From positions 224,001-288,000 of the forward strand of contig CAVSIV010000006.1 in assembly GCA_963728205.1 (NCBI GenBank): DNA of 64,000 nucleotides, given 5' to 3'. Every line of letters starts with the position of its first letter. The first letter of the stretch is position 1. The notes under the pieces were generated by a model. It saw only the letters and a list, made by a program, of their open reading frames with translations, did no database searches and was not told the DNA's origin. The translations under genes and the position numbers were made by a program. Source of the stretch: an uncultured Chloroflexia bacterium (GTDB lineage: Bacteria > Chloroflexota > Dehalococcoidia > UBA2979). This document shows, in pieces, positions 28,025-37,424 of this stretch.

Positions 28025-28960
28025 ATGGAATATCGTCACCTCGGACGGTCCGGCCTCGAGGTCTCCGTCGTCGGCATCGGCTGCAACAACTTCGGCGGCC
28101 GCATGGACGGCGCGGCGACCGACGCGGTCGTCGGCAAGTCCATCGACATGGGCATCAACCTGTTCGACACCGCGGACGTCTACGGCGGCCAGGGCAAGTC
28201 CGAGGAGCTGCTCGGTCGGGCCCTCAAGGGCAAGCGGCAGGACGTCGTGATCGCGACGAAGTTCGCGAGCCCGATGGGCGAGGGTCCGATGCACGCCGGC
28301 GGGTCGCGGCGGTGGATCATCCAGGCCGTCGAGGACTCGCTGCGCCGCCTCGGCACCGACTACATCGACCTCTACCAGGTGCACCGCCCGGACCCGAAGA
28401 CGCCGCTCGAGGAGACGGTGCGCGCGCTCGATGACCTCGTGACGTCGGGCAAGGTGCGCTACCTCGGCAACTCGAACTTCGCGGGCTGGCAGATTGCGTC
28501 CGCGGCGTGGATCCAGAAGACCGAGCACCTCGAGCCCTTCGTGAGCGCGCAGAACCAGTACAGCCTGCTCGAGCGGCGCATCGAACAGGAGGTGATCCCG
28601 GCGGCCGAGGAGTTCGGGCTGGGCGTGCTGCCGTTCTTCCCGCTGGCGAGCGGGCTGCTCACCGGCAAGTACCGTCGCGGCGAGGAAGCCCCCGAGGGCA
28701 CCCGGCTCGCCGGTCCGATGGGCGCGCGCTCGCTGAACGACCGCAACTTCGACGTGGTCGAGCGGCTCGAGGAGTGGGCGCGGGCGCACGACCACACGCT
28801 GCTCGAGCTGGCGTTCGGCTGGCTCGCGACGAAGCCGTACATCTCCAGCGTGATCGCCGGCGCGACCAGGCCGGAGCAGGTGGAGGCGAACGCGCAGGCC
28901 GCCGCGTGGCGCCTCACCCCGGAGGAGATGGCGGAGGTCGACGAGATCTCCAAGCGGTAG
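28025..28960 (+). CDS. Aldo/keto reductase
   Basis: FDTADVYG, SLRRLGTDYIDLYQVH, GKVRYLGNSN, PLASGLLTGKY. Confidence 0.95.
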   Translation: MEYRHLGRSGLEVSVVGIGCNNFGGRMDGAATDAVVGKSIDMGINLFDTADVYGGQGKSEELLGRALKGKRQDVVIATKFASPMGEGPMHAGGSRRWIIQAVEDSLRRLGTDYIDLYQVHRPDPKTPLEETVRALDDLVTSGKVRYLGNSNFAGWQIASAAWIQKTEHLEPFVSAQNQYSLLERRIEQEVIPAAEEFGLGVLPFFPLASGLLTGKYRRGEEAPEGTRLAGPMGARSLNDRNFDVVERLEEWARAHDHTLLELAFGWLATKPYISSVIAGATRPEQVEANAQAAAWRLTPEEMAEVDEISKR

Positions 28961-28987
28961 CCCCGCCGGGAGCAGTCGTCCAGGCCA

Positions 28988-29017
28988 GAGGGGCGGGTCC
29001 AGGCGGACCCGCCCCTC
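28988..29017 (+). terminator. Perfect GC hairpin after the AKR gene
   Basis: GAGGGGCGGGTCC-AGGC-GGACCCGCCCCTC; no U-tract. Confidence 0.5.
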
Positions 29018-29204
29018 ACGCATCCGGGTTGCAGTATCGTTCCGTCGCTCCGGGCGGCGGGCGTCACGGCCGATATGGTTCGATATCATACCGAGCCGGA
29101 CGTCGGCGCCCTGTAGGCTCCACGCGTGCGCGACGCGCCCGGCGGCGGCGCGTCGTACGAATGCCCGAGGCGCGGGCGGCGCTTCTCGCTCGGAGGACGC
29201 GACG

Positions 29205-29735
29205 TTGACCGGCCAACCGGCACGGCTCTCCGCCAGCGATCGGCACGCGGCGACCGGCCCGCGCCGGCTCGCCGTGCTGTCGCTCGTCGCTGCCGGCCGT
29301 TCCGACCAGGAGATTGCCGACTCCCTCGCCCTGAGCCCCGAAGCGGTCGAGTCCGAGCTGATGAGCCTGCTGGGTCTGTTCGACGTCCCCGACCGCAAGG
29401 CGCTCGTGGCATCGGCGCGGCGCTATCAGGCCGTGCCCGACGCGGAGGGCCGCGACGCCATGCTCGTGATGCGCTGGAGCCTCGAGGAGGTGATCGGCGC
29501 GACCGCCTACGGCACGCTCCTCCGTCGCGCAGCCAAGCACGCGGATGTGCCGGTGAGCGCCACCGGTCCGCCCGCGGCGGAGTTGACGGACGACGACGCG
29601 CACCACCTGATCCGCGCGCTCTGGCCGCTGCTCGCGGAGTTCGGTGGGCAAGTCCTGACCGGACGGTTGGAGTCCCTGGGGTTCCAGGCCGGGGGAGACT
29701 TCGCAACGGGGGAACTCGCGCGATGGACGGAGTGA
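29205..29735 (+). CDS. LuxR-type HTH protein with unknown C-terminal helical domain
   Basis: VLSLVAAGRSDQEIADSLALSPEAVE; GGAGG upstream of TTG; overlaps next gene by 13 nt. Confidence 0.78.
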   Translation: MTGQPARLSASDRHAATGPRRLAVLSLVAAGRSDQEIADSLALSPEAVESELMSLLGLFDVPDRKALVASARRYQAVPDAEGRDAMLVMRWSLEEVIGATAYGTLLRRAAKHADVPVSATGPPAAELTDDDAHHLIRALWPLLAEFGGQVLTGRLESLGFQAGGDFATGELARWTE

Positions 29736-31216
29736 CGACGGGGAGTCCCGCGACGAACGGAGCGCACGAGCCGCTCGACCGCATGCCGACGGGCATCGCC
29801 GAGTTCGACGTCATGACCGGCGGCGGCATCCCCGCGCGGTCGCTCACGGTCGTCACGGGCGCGCCGGGCGCCGGCAAGACGGTCTTCACGATGCAGGTGA
29901 TGTTCGCGCAGGCGCTCCGCGGCAAGCGCTGCGTCTACTTCACCACGCTGTCGGAACCCGCCATCAAGCTGATCCGCTTCATGCAGGCCTTCGCGTTCTT
30001 CGACGCGTCGCTGGTCGGAGACCGCGTGCGGTTCATCGACCTCGGCGGCCCGCTGATCGAGCATGGCGCCGAGCAGGCGCTGCGCATCGTGCGCGAGCAC
30101 CTCGAGCAGGACGAGCCGGACTTCGTCGTGTTCGACAGCTTCAAGGCGATCCACGACCTCGCCGGCGCCGACCCGGCCCAGCGCCGCACCATGATCCACG
30201 AGCTCGCGATCTCGCTGGCAGGCTGGGGGACGACGTCGTTCCTGGTCGGCGAGTACGAGCCGGGGGACCTCACGCGGCTGCCCGAGTTCGCGATCGCCGA
30301 CGGCGTCATTCAGCTGTCGAACGAGCGCCAGGACCTCACGCGCGTGCGCGGGCTCGAGATCGTGAAGCTGCGCGGCGCGCAGTACGTCTCGGGGCTGCAC
30401 TTCTTCGAGATCACGCCCGACGGTCTCCAGATCTACCCGCGCGTGCGCGCCTCCGACGGCTCGCACGAGGAAGCGGACGCCGCGTGGAACCCGGAGCGGC
30501 TCGCGACCGGCCTGCCCGGGCTCGACGACATGCTCACCGGCGGGTTCCCGCAGCAGAGCGTCACGCTGATCGAGGGCGGCACGGGCACGGGGAAGACCCT
30601 GCTCTCGCTGCGCTTTCTGCTCGAGGGCGCCCGGCGCGGCGAGCCCACCATCCACTTCGGGCTCGAGGAGCAGCCGACGCACCTCCGACGTGCCGCCGAC
30701 GCGTTCGGGTGGGATCTCGCCCGGTACCAGGCCGAGGGGACGCTGCACTTCGTGCACACACCACCGGTCGAGCTCAACCCCGACCGCTTCCTCGGCCAGG
30801 CCCTCGCGGTGGTGCGCGATACGGGCGCGCGCCGCGTCGTGTTCGACAGCGCCTCCGCGCTGGCGCTCGGCGTGCCATCGGAGCGTCGCTTCCGCGAGCT
30901 GATGCACGCCCTGACCAGCCGACTGCGCGAGTGCTCGGTGACCACGGCGCTCACACTCGAGATCCCGGAGCTGCTGGGGTCGGCGCAACTGGGCGGGCAG
31001 GGCCTGTCATCCATCGCCGACAACGTGATCCTGCTGCACTACATCGAGATGGAGGGCCAGCTGGCCCGCGCGGTGGCGGTGCTGAAGGCGCGCGGCACGG
31101 CGCACGACACCCGGCTGCACGAGCTCAGGATCACCGGCGACGGACCGCAGGTCGGCGCCCCGCTGGCCTCCCTGCGCGGCGTCCTCACCGGGCTGCCGCA
31201 GCCGATCGAGGGTTGA
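29723..31216 (+). CDS. KaiC/RAD55-family double-domain ATPase
   Basis: Two RecA domains: GAPGAGKT and GGTGTGKT; VKLRG and LKARG; LEE; LSSIADNVILL. Confidence 0.92.
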   Translation: MDGVTTGSPATNGAHEPLDRMPTGIAEFDVMTGGGIPARSLTVVTGAPGAGKTVFTMQVMFAQALRGKRCVYFTTLSEPAIKLIRFMQAFAFFDASLVGDRVRFIDLGGPLIEHGAEQALRIVREHLEQDEPDFVVFDSFKAIHDLAGADPAQRRTMIHELAISLAGWGTTSFLVGEYEPGDLTRLPEFAIADGVIQLSNERQDLTRVRGLEIVKLRGAQYVSGLHFFEITPDGLQIYPRVRASDGSHEEADAAWNPERLATGLPGLDDMLTGGFPQQSVTLIEGGTGTGKTLLSLRFLLEGARRGEPTIHFGLEEQPTHLRRAADAFGWDLARYQAEGTLHFVHTPPVELNPDRFLGQALAVVRDTGARRVVFDSASALALGVPSERRFRELMHALTSRLRECSVTTALTLEIPELLGSAQLGGQGLSSIADNVILLHYIEMEGQLARAVAVLKARGTAHDTRLHELRITGDGPQVGAPLASLRGVLTGLPQPIEG

Positions 31217-31243
31217 CGCGCGCCGCGCAACGCGGAGCGGCGG

Positions 31244-31462
31244 CTACTCCTCGCAGCCGGCTTCGCGCAGCGCCTGCTCCAGGTTGCGAATGCGCTCGTA
31301 GACGTCCTGGTTGACCTCGGGCGTGGGGGTGACGATTTGAGCGCCCTGTGCGCCCTGGAAGCCCGTGCGCTCCGACGGCGGCTCGATCGATGCCTGCGCG
31401 GCCTCGAGCGCCGCGCGGAGTTCCTCGCAGGTCCGGTCGTTGGCTTTCTGGGGGTTCGGCAT
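31244..31462 (-). CDS. Small hypothetical helical protein (72 aa)
   Basis: SD GAGGAGG; CEELRAALEAAQ...IRNLEQALREAGC. Confidence 0.65.
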   Translation of the reverse strand: MPNPQKANDRTCEELRAALEAAQASIEPPSERTGFQGAQGAQIVTPTPEVNQDVYERIRNLEQALREAGCEE

Positions 31463-31522
31463 GAGGTGAATCCTCCTCATCTCGACCGTACCCCGGCGCC
31501 GCAAGCGCGTTCGCGGACCCAC

Positions 31523-31607
31523 AGCGGTGGCAGACATGCCGCCGACAGGCGCCCACGCAGTCCGCGGCTGGCGCCTCGGTCCTGCCGGCGGCATATCTGC
31601 CGCCGCT
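31523..31607. repeat. Inverted pair of REP-like units (family B)
   Basis: AGCGGTGGCAGACATGCCGCCGACA (31523-31547) and TGCCGGCGGCATATCTGCCGCCGCT (31583-31607). Confidence 0.85.
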
Positions 31608-31651
31608 GGGGCGCCTGAGGCCGGTCTGGGCGCGCGTGCCGGCGCTCTCGG

Positions 31652-32536
31652 TCAGCGCACCCGCTCCAGCGCGGCGCGCAGCCGCATCGGGCGGTGGGGC
31701 AGGGGGAAGCGTCGCGACGGATCCGGGCAAACCTGGCGGTCGCGGAGCGTCTCGAGCATGAGGCGCGACTCGCGGCGCGGCAGGCGCGCCAGCGTCCACC
31801 CAAGCTGCTCTTCGACGCGCTCACCCCAGCCCGGCAGCGGCACGTAGACGCGGCGCTTGCCGCTGATGCGCCCCCACTCGCGCACGACGCGACCGAACGT
31901 CGTGCGCTCCGCGCCGCAGATGTCGAAGGCGCGGCCGGCGTATTCCGGCTCGTCGATCGCCATGCCCAGCGCCTCCACGACGTCCACCAGCGCGACCGGC
32001 TCCACCTCCGTGCGCCGCCAGCGGAAGAGCGGCACGACGGGGCTGCGGTTGACGAGCCGCCGCAGCAGCTCGAAGGGCAGGCTGCCGGTCGCGACGATCA
32101 TCGGGGTGCGCACGATCACCCAGCGCAGCCCCGACTGGCGCACGGCGAGCTCGACCGCCCACTGCGCGAGCAGGTGCTGCGACGCGGCCGCCTCGGACGC
32201 GCCCACCGACGAGAGCAGGATCACGCGCTCCACGCCGGCGGCGCGCGCGGCGATCATCGCGTTCTGGACGGCCTCGAGGTCGTTCGCGATCGGGTCGCCG
32301 TCGTGGTCGAGCGTGTGCACGAGGTACACGAGCGTCGCGACGCCGCGCATCGCGAGGTCGAGCCCGTGGCGGCCGATCAGGTCGCCGGTGACCGCCTCCA
32401 CGCCCTGCTCGCGCAGACGCACCGCGTCGAACTCGCGGCGCACCAGCGCGCGCAGCGGCGGTGGCGCGGGGCGCGTGCGCAACGACTCGACGAGCGCGCG
32501 CCCCACGCAGCCGGTCGCGCCGGCGACGAGGATCAT
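31652..32536 (-). CDS. NAD(P)H-binding atypical SDR
   Basis: MILVAGATGCVG; YLVH; AGVERVILLS. Confidence 0.87.
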   Translation of the reverse strand: MILVAGATGCVGRALVESLRTRPAPPPLRALVRREFDAVRLREQGVEAVTGDLIGRHGLDLAMRGVATLVYLVHTLDHDGDPIANDLEAVQNAMIAARAAGVERVILLSSVGASEAAASQHLLAQWAVELAVRQSGLRWVIVRTPMIVATGSLPFELLRRLVNRSPVVPLFRWRRTEVEPVALVDVVEALGMAIDEPEYAGRAFDICGAERTTFGRVVREWGRISGKRRVYVPLPGWGERVEEQLGWTLARLPRRESRLMLETLRDRQVCPDPSRRFPLPHRPMRLRAALERVR

Positions 32537-32753
32537 CGGAGCGTCACCGCCGCCGCCGGTGGGCGCGCGGGGGCTGCAGGCCCGCCGTGTGCAGCGGCCG
32601 CCGCTCGCGGCGAGAGCGGGCCACCTCCGGCGGCAGGAGGAACGCGCGATCACGGCAGGCTCGGACGCCCGCCGCGCGCCGGGAGGCGCGCCCGCCGCGC
32701 GGGATCATCGGAGTCTCATCGCGCCGCCTCGTTCGCCCTGCGCCGGCACGCTC

Positions 32754-34427
32754 CTAGCCGGTGACCGCGCCCTGCTCGGCGCCGGAGACGAGCTTCGCGT
32801 ACTTCGCGAAGACGCCGCTCGTGTAGTTCGGCTTGCGCGGCTGCCATGCGGCGCGCCGCCTGGCCAGCTCCTCCTCCGGCACCTCGAGATTGAGCTCCCG
32901 GTTCGGGATGTCGAACGAGATCGTGTCGCCCTCCTGCACGAGCGCGATCGGGCCGCCGGCGGCGGCCTCGGGCGCAACGTGGCCGGCCATCAGCCCGTGC
33001 GTGGCGCCGGAGAAGCGGCCGTCGGTGAGCAGGGCGACGGTGGTGTCGAGCCCCTCGCCGGAGAGCGCGGCCGTCACGCCGAGCATCTCGCGCATGCCGG
33101 GGCCGCCCTTCGGTCCCTCGTTGCGGATCACCACGATGTCGTCGTGCTGGATCTTCCCGGCGAGCACGGCCTGCATCGCGTCCTCCTCGCGCTCGAAGAC
33201 CCGCGCGGGGCCGCGGTGCGTGAGGCGCTCGTGGCCGGCGACCTTGATCACGCACCCGCTCGGCGCGAGCGACCCCTTGAGGATGACGAGCCCGCCCGTG
33301 GGCTTCAGCGGCTGGTCGAGCGGACGGATCACGTCCTGGCCCGGCGTCTCGACCGCCGCCGACGCCTCCTCGGCGAGCGTCCGTCCGGTCACGGTCATCA
33401 CGTCGCCGTGGAGCTTGCCGGCCTCGAGCAGGCGCTGCGCGAGCAGCGGCGTGCCGCCGGCGCGGTCCCAGTCGAGCGCGACGTAGCGGCCGCCCGGCCG
33501 CAGGTCGCCGATCAGCGGGGTCTGCTCGCTGATGCGATCGAAGTCGTCGATGTCGAGGTCGACGTCGGCCTCCTTCGCGATCGCCATCAGGTGCAGGACG
33601 ACGTTCGTCGAGCCGCCGGTGGCGGCCGCGCACATGATGCCGTTCTCGAGCGACTGCTTCGTGATCAGGTCGCGCGCGACCTGGCCGCGCTGGACCAGAT
33701 CCATCACGAGCGTGCCCGCGTGGCGGCCGACGCCGTCCTTGCGGGGGTCGGTCGCGCCGACGGTCGCGCTGCCCATCGGCGAGAGACCGACGAACTCGAG
33801 CACGGTCGCCATCGTGTTCGCGGTGTACTGGGCGCCGCAGGCGCCGGCGCCGGGGCAGGCCGCGGCCTCGAGCGCGGCGAGGCGCTCGTCGGAGAGCTTG
33901 CCGGCTGCGTGCTGGCCGACGCCCTCGAAGACGTCCTGGATCGTGACGTCGCGGCCCTCCCACACGCCCGGCGCGATGGAGCCGCTGTAGAGCACGAGGC
34001 CGGGCAGGCCGAGCCGCGCCAGCGCCATGGCGCCGGCGGGGATGGTCTTGTCGCAGCCGACGATGATCACGGCGGCGTCGAAGGAGTAGCCGACGCCGCA
34101 CAGCTCGATCGAGTCCGCGATCACCTCGCGGCTGATCAGGCTCGCCTTCATGCCCTCGGTGCCCATCGACTCGCCGTCGCTGATGGAGATGGTGTTCACC
34201 TCCATCGGCGTGCCGCCGGCGTCGCGGATGCCCTGCATCACCTGCTGCGCGAGCGCGCGCTGGCTGTAGTTGCAGGGCATGGTGCCAATCCACTCGTGGG
34301 CGACCATCACCAGCGGCTTCTTCAGGTCGTCGGCGTCGTAGCCCACGGAATAGAAGTAGGAGCGCGCGGCGGCGCGGTCCGGGCCGTCCACGAGCGTGCG
34401 GCTGTGCTGGCGGGGATCGGGAGACAT
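32754..34427 (-). CDS. ilvD: Dihydroxy-acid dehydratase
   Basis: PCN, GCDKTIP, GGSTN, NEGPKGGPGMREML, TDGRFSG, GHVAPEA. Confidence 0.97.
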   Translation of the reverse strand: MSPDPRQHSRTLVDGPDRAAARSYFYSVGYDADDLKKPLVMVAHEWIGTMPCNYSQRALAQQVMQGIRDAGGTPMEVNTISISDGESMGTEGMKASLISREVIADSIELCGVGYSFDAAVIIVGCDKTIPAGAMALARLGLPGLVLYSGSIAPGVWEGRDVTIQDVFEGVGQHAAGKLSDERLAALEAAACPGAGACGAQYTANTMATVLEFVGLSPMGSATVGATDPRKDGVGRHAGTLVMDLVQRGQVARDLITKQSLENGIMCAAATGGSTNVVLHLMAIAKEADVDLDIDDFDRISEQTPLIGDLRPGGRYVALDWDRAGGTPLLAQRLLEAGKLHGDVMTVTGRTLAEEASAAVETPGQDVIRPLDQPLKPTGGLVILKGSLAPSGCVIKVAGHERLTHRGPARVFEREEDAMQAVLAGKIQHDDIVVIRNEGPKGGPGMREMLGVTAALSGEGLDTTVALLTDGRFSGATHGLMAGHVAPEAAAGGPIALVQEGDTISFDIPNRELNLEVPEEELARRRAAWQPRKPNYTSGVFAKYAKLVSGAEQGAVTG

Positions 34428-34671
34428 GGGCTCGCTCTCTTCAGTCGCGGTCGCGGCGGGCCGGAGGGCGCCCGCGCGACGATCCGGGCGGGTGGCGGGC
34501 AGGGCGGCATCGTAGCAGGCGCTCCCGGGGGAGGGCGCCGTGTACGCTCGACGACGCGCGTGCCCGTAGGATGAAAGCGTGCGCACGCGCTCCGGGCAAC
34601 GCCCGTCGCGCCCGCCGAGACCGGTCGCGACGCCCGTCGTGCCGCGTGCAGCCAGCCCGAAGGAGCCCCGC

Positions 34672-35163
34672 ATGTACCGCAAGATCCTGCTTCCGCTCGA
34701 CGGCTCGGAGCTCGCCCACCGCGCGATGCGCCACGCCGTCGAGATTGGCCGCCTCGCCGGCGCCGAGGTCGTCCTGCTCCAGGTCGTCGACTCGGAGGCG
34801 CAGGTCATCGCGCAGACCACGCCCGCCACGATCGAGCCGATCCCCGGCACCGGCTCGGTCTCGGCCGAGGTGGTCCACGAGGCGGTGGCCGAGCAGCGCC
34901 GCATCGCGGCCGCGAACCTGGAGGCGTCGGCGAAGACGATCCGCGACGCCGGCGTGGGGAGCGTCTCGACCGAGCTGGTCGAGGGCGCGCCGGGCGAGGC
35001 GATCGTGGAGGCGGCGAAGCGGCTCGGCTGCGACCTGGTGGTGATGGCGACGCACGGGCGGTCGGGGCTGAAGCGCGCGCTGCTGGGCTCGGTGGCCGAT
35101 CACGTGGCGCGGAACACGCCGGGGATCCCGGTGCTGCTCGTGCACCCCGAAGAGGAAGCGTAG
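34672..35163 (+). CDS. Universal stress protein
   Basis: KILLPLDGS; DLVVMATHGRSGLKRALLGSVA. Confidence 0.95.
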   Translation: MYRKILLPLDGSELAHRAMRHAVEIGRLAGAEVVLLQVVDSEAQVIAQTTPATIEPIPGTGSVSAEVVHEAVAEQRRIAAANLEASAKTIRDAGVGSVSTELVEGAPGEAIVEAAKRLGCDLVVMATHGRSGLKRALLGSVADHVARNTPGIPVLLVHPEEEA

Positions 35164-35203
35164 GCCGGCGCCGGCGGCGAACGGCGCCGCGTCAGGGGGC
35201 AGA

Positions 35204-35797
35204 TCAGTCGAGGTCGTCCTCGTCCTCTTCTTCGTCCTCTTCTTCGTCCTCATCCTCGTCGTCGACCTCTTCGTCGATCGGCGGGATCTCGAGATCCTTC
35301 GAGTGGCCGTTCGTCGGCGGGCAGAAGTGCGGACGGGTCGGGTCGTCCAGCGGCTGCTTGCACAGCGGGCACACCGGCCGGCCGGCGGCGACGACGGACT
35401 CGATCTGGTGGATCAGCGGCACGGCCTGCCCGCGGTTGATCTCCATGCGGAACGCCGGCGTGTCGCCCCGCTCGAGGGCGGCGCCGTCGTCGGCGAGGAT
35501 GATCAGGTGCTCTTGCTGCTGGTCGAAGTCGAGCCCCAGGCGCGCGATGCGGAAGTCGACATCGGCGTGCTGCGGGAAGTTGCCAACCGTCTCGGGCGCG
35601 TCGACGCGACGGCCGCGCTGGCGCGAACGCTCCGCGAGCAGCTGCGAGAACGTGCGCCCGAGGGCGAGCAGCTGCTCCTTCTCCATCCACAGTGCCGCGT
35701 AGCTGTCGCCAACGCGCGCGCGCAGCCGAAACGTCCGCTGGCCCGGGGGGCCGATGGCCTCGGCGTCGACGGCGTCCACGAGACCGAAGTCAATCAT
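35204..35797 (-). CDS. DUF3090-like protein with CxxC/HxC motif and acidic tail
   Basis: AIGPPGQRTF, EKEQL, AAGRPVCPLC..HFCPPTNGH. Confidence 0.85.
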   Translation of the reverse strand: MIDFGLVDAVDAEAIGPPGQRTFRLRARVGDSYAALWMEKEQLLALGRTFSQLLAERSRQRGRRVDAPETVGNFPQHADVDFRIARLGLDFDQQQEHLIILADDGAALERGDTPAFRMEINRGQAVPLIHQIESVVAAGRPVCPLCKQPLDDPTRPHFCPPTNGHSKDLEIPPIDEEVDDEDEDEEEDEEEDEDDLD

Positions 35798-35895
35798 GGG
35801 ACCTCCAGAGGGATGGACGGGAGCGTAGGCAGGCGCCGAACGGGGGTCAAACCTCTAGAATCACCGCCGAGCACAACGCGACGAGGGAGCGAGCG

Positions 35896-37311
35896 ATGAA
35901 CGACGGCGAGTCCGCGGCCGACCTGGCGTACCTGTCGATCGCGGAGGCAGGCCGGCGCTTCGCGGACGGCTCGCTGGCGCCCACGACGCTCGCGGAGGCG
36001 CTGCTCGAGCGCATCACGCTCACCGACAACGCCCTCCACAGCTACGTGCGGCTCATGCGAGAGTCGGCGCTCGCGGAGGCCGACGCCGCGACGGCCCGCG
36101 CCCGCGACGGCCGCCGGCTCGGCCCGCTCGACGGCATCCCGATCGCCGTGAAGGACCTCTACGACACGGCCGGCGTCGTCACGGCCGGCGGCACCGGCGC
36201 CTTCCGCGAGCGCGTGCCGCCGGAGGACGCCACGGCGGTGCGACGCCTGCGCGAGGCCGGCGCGGTAATGCTCGGCAAGACGAACACGCACGAGCTGGCG
36301 CTGGGCGGCACGACGAACAACGCGCACTACGGGCCGACGCACAACCCGTGGCGGCTCACGCACGTCCCGGGCGGGTCGTCGGGCGGCTCCGGCGCCGCGC
36401 TCGCCGGCGGGCAGGCACTCGGCGCGCTCGGCACCGACACCGGCGGCTCGATCCGCATCCCCGCCGCGTTCTGCGGCGTCACCGGCCACAAGCCGACCTA
36501 CGGCCTGGTCGGCCGCGGCGGCGTGATCCCGCTGTCGCTCACGCTCGACCACGCCGGCCCGATGGCCCGCTCCGTCGAGGACTGCGCGCTGATGCTGAAC
36601 GCGCTCGCCGGGCCCGACCCGCGCGACCACGACTCCGCGCTGCGCGAGGGCGAGGACTACACCGCGCAGCTCGACGCCGGCGTCGACGGGCTCCGGCTCG
36701 CCGTGGTCCCGTCGCTGGTGGAAGGCTGCAGCGACGACGTCGCGTCGGCGTTCGAGCGCGCGCTCGACACGCTGCGCGGGCTGGGCGCGACCATCGACCG
36801 CGTCGAGCCGATGGCCGGCGTGGACGACTGGCGGTTCGTCTCGGCGTCGATCATCGTGGTCGAGGGCGCGAGCTACATCGAGCACATCCTGCGCGGCTGG
36901 CCACAGTCGATCGGCGAGGGCGTGCGGACGCGGATGGCGCACGGGCTCGACGTGCCGGCGACGGCCTACGCGCGGTCGCTGGAGATGCGGAAGCTGATCG
37001 AGTCGCGATACGAGCGGGGGCTGGCCGACGGCGGCTACGACGGGTACGTGCTGCCGACGTCGCCCGACACCGCCGAGCCGATCGGCGAGGACCCGCACAC
37101 GGAGGCGCCGCCGCCGACGAAGTTCCGCAACACCTCGGTGTTCGACAACACGCACCAGCCGTCGGTGAGCGTGCCGTGCGGCTTCGACCACGACGGGCTG
37201 CCGATCGGGCTGATGGTGAGCACGGCGAAGTTCCGCGACGCGCACGCGCTCCGCATCGCGAACGCGTTCCAGCGCGCCACGGACTACCACCTGCAGCGAC
37301 CGGAGTTCTAA
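35896..37311 (+). CDS. Amidase signature family protein
   Basis: GIPIAVKD, GKTN, GGSSGGS, GTDTGGSIRIPA. Confidence 0.95.
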   Translation: MNDGESAADLAYLSIAEAGRRFADGSLAPTTLAEALLERITLTDNALHSYVRLMRESALAEADAATARARDGRRLGPLDGIPIAVKDLYDTAGVVTAGGTGAFRERVPPEDATAVRRLREAGAVMLGKTNTHELALGGTTNNAHYGPTHNPWRLTHVPGGSSGGSGAALAGGQALGALGTDTGGSIRIPAAFCGVTGHKPTYGLVGRGGVIPLSLTLDHAGPMARSVEDCALMLNALAGPDPRDHDSALREGEDYTAQLDAGVDGLRLAVVPSLVEGCSDDVASAFERALDTLRGLGATIDRVEPMAGVDDWRFVSASIIVVEGASYIEHILRGWPQSIGEGVRTRMAHGLDVPATAYARSLEMRKLIESRYERGLADGGYDGYVLPTSPDTAEPIGEDPHTEAPPPTKFRNTSVFDNTHQPSVSVPCGFDHDGLPIGLMVSTAKFRDAHALRIANAFQRATDYHLQRPEF

Positions 37312-37404
37312 GCGGCGGCAGACATGCCGCCGACACGAACCGGACGGAAGTCCGGAGGCCGGCGCCGCCGTTGTCGGCGGCGTGTGTGCCGCCGACAACG
37401 GCGG
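37311..37404. repeat. REP-like unit (family B) plus related perfect hairpin
   Basis: AGCGGCGGCAGACATGCCGCCGACA (37311-37335); CCGCCGTTGTCGGCGGC..GCCGCCGACAACGGCGG (37365-37404). Confidence 0.85.
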
Positions 37405-37424
37405 ACCACGTCTACCATGGCGCC

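Noticed and set aside
29723-31216. Circadian clock kaiC
   Set aside because: No kaiA or kaiB nearby and the CI domain lacks the EE pair; called KaiC-like only
35210-35280. Short tandem repeats TCTTCGTCC
   Set aside because: They encode the acidic D/E tail of the DUF3090-like protein
35896-37311. gatA
   Set aside because: Amidase signature only; no gatB/gatC adjacent and C-terminal motifs differ
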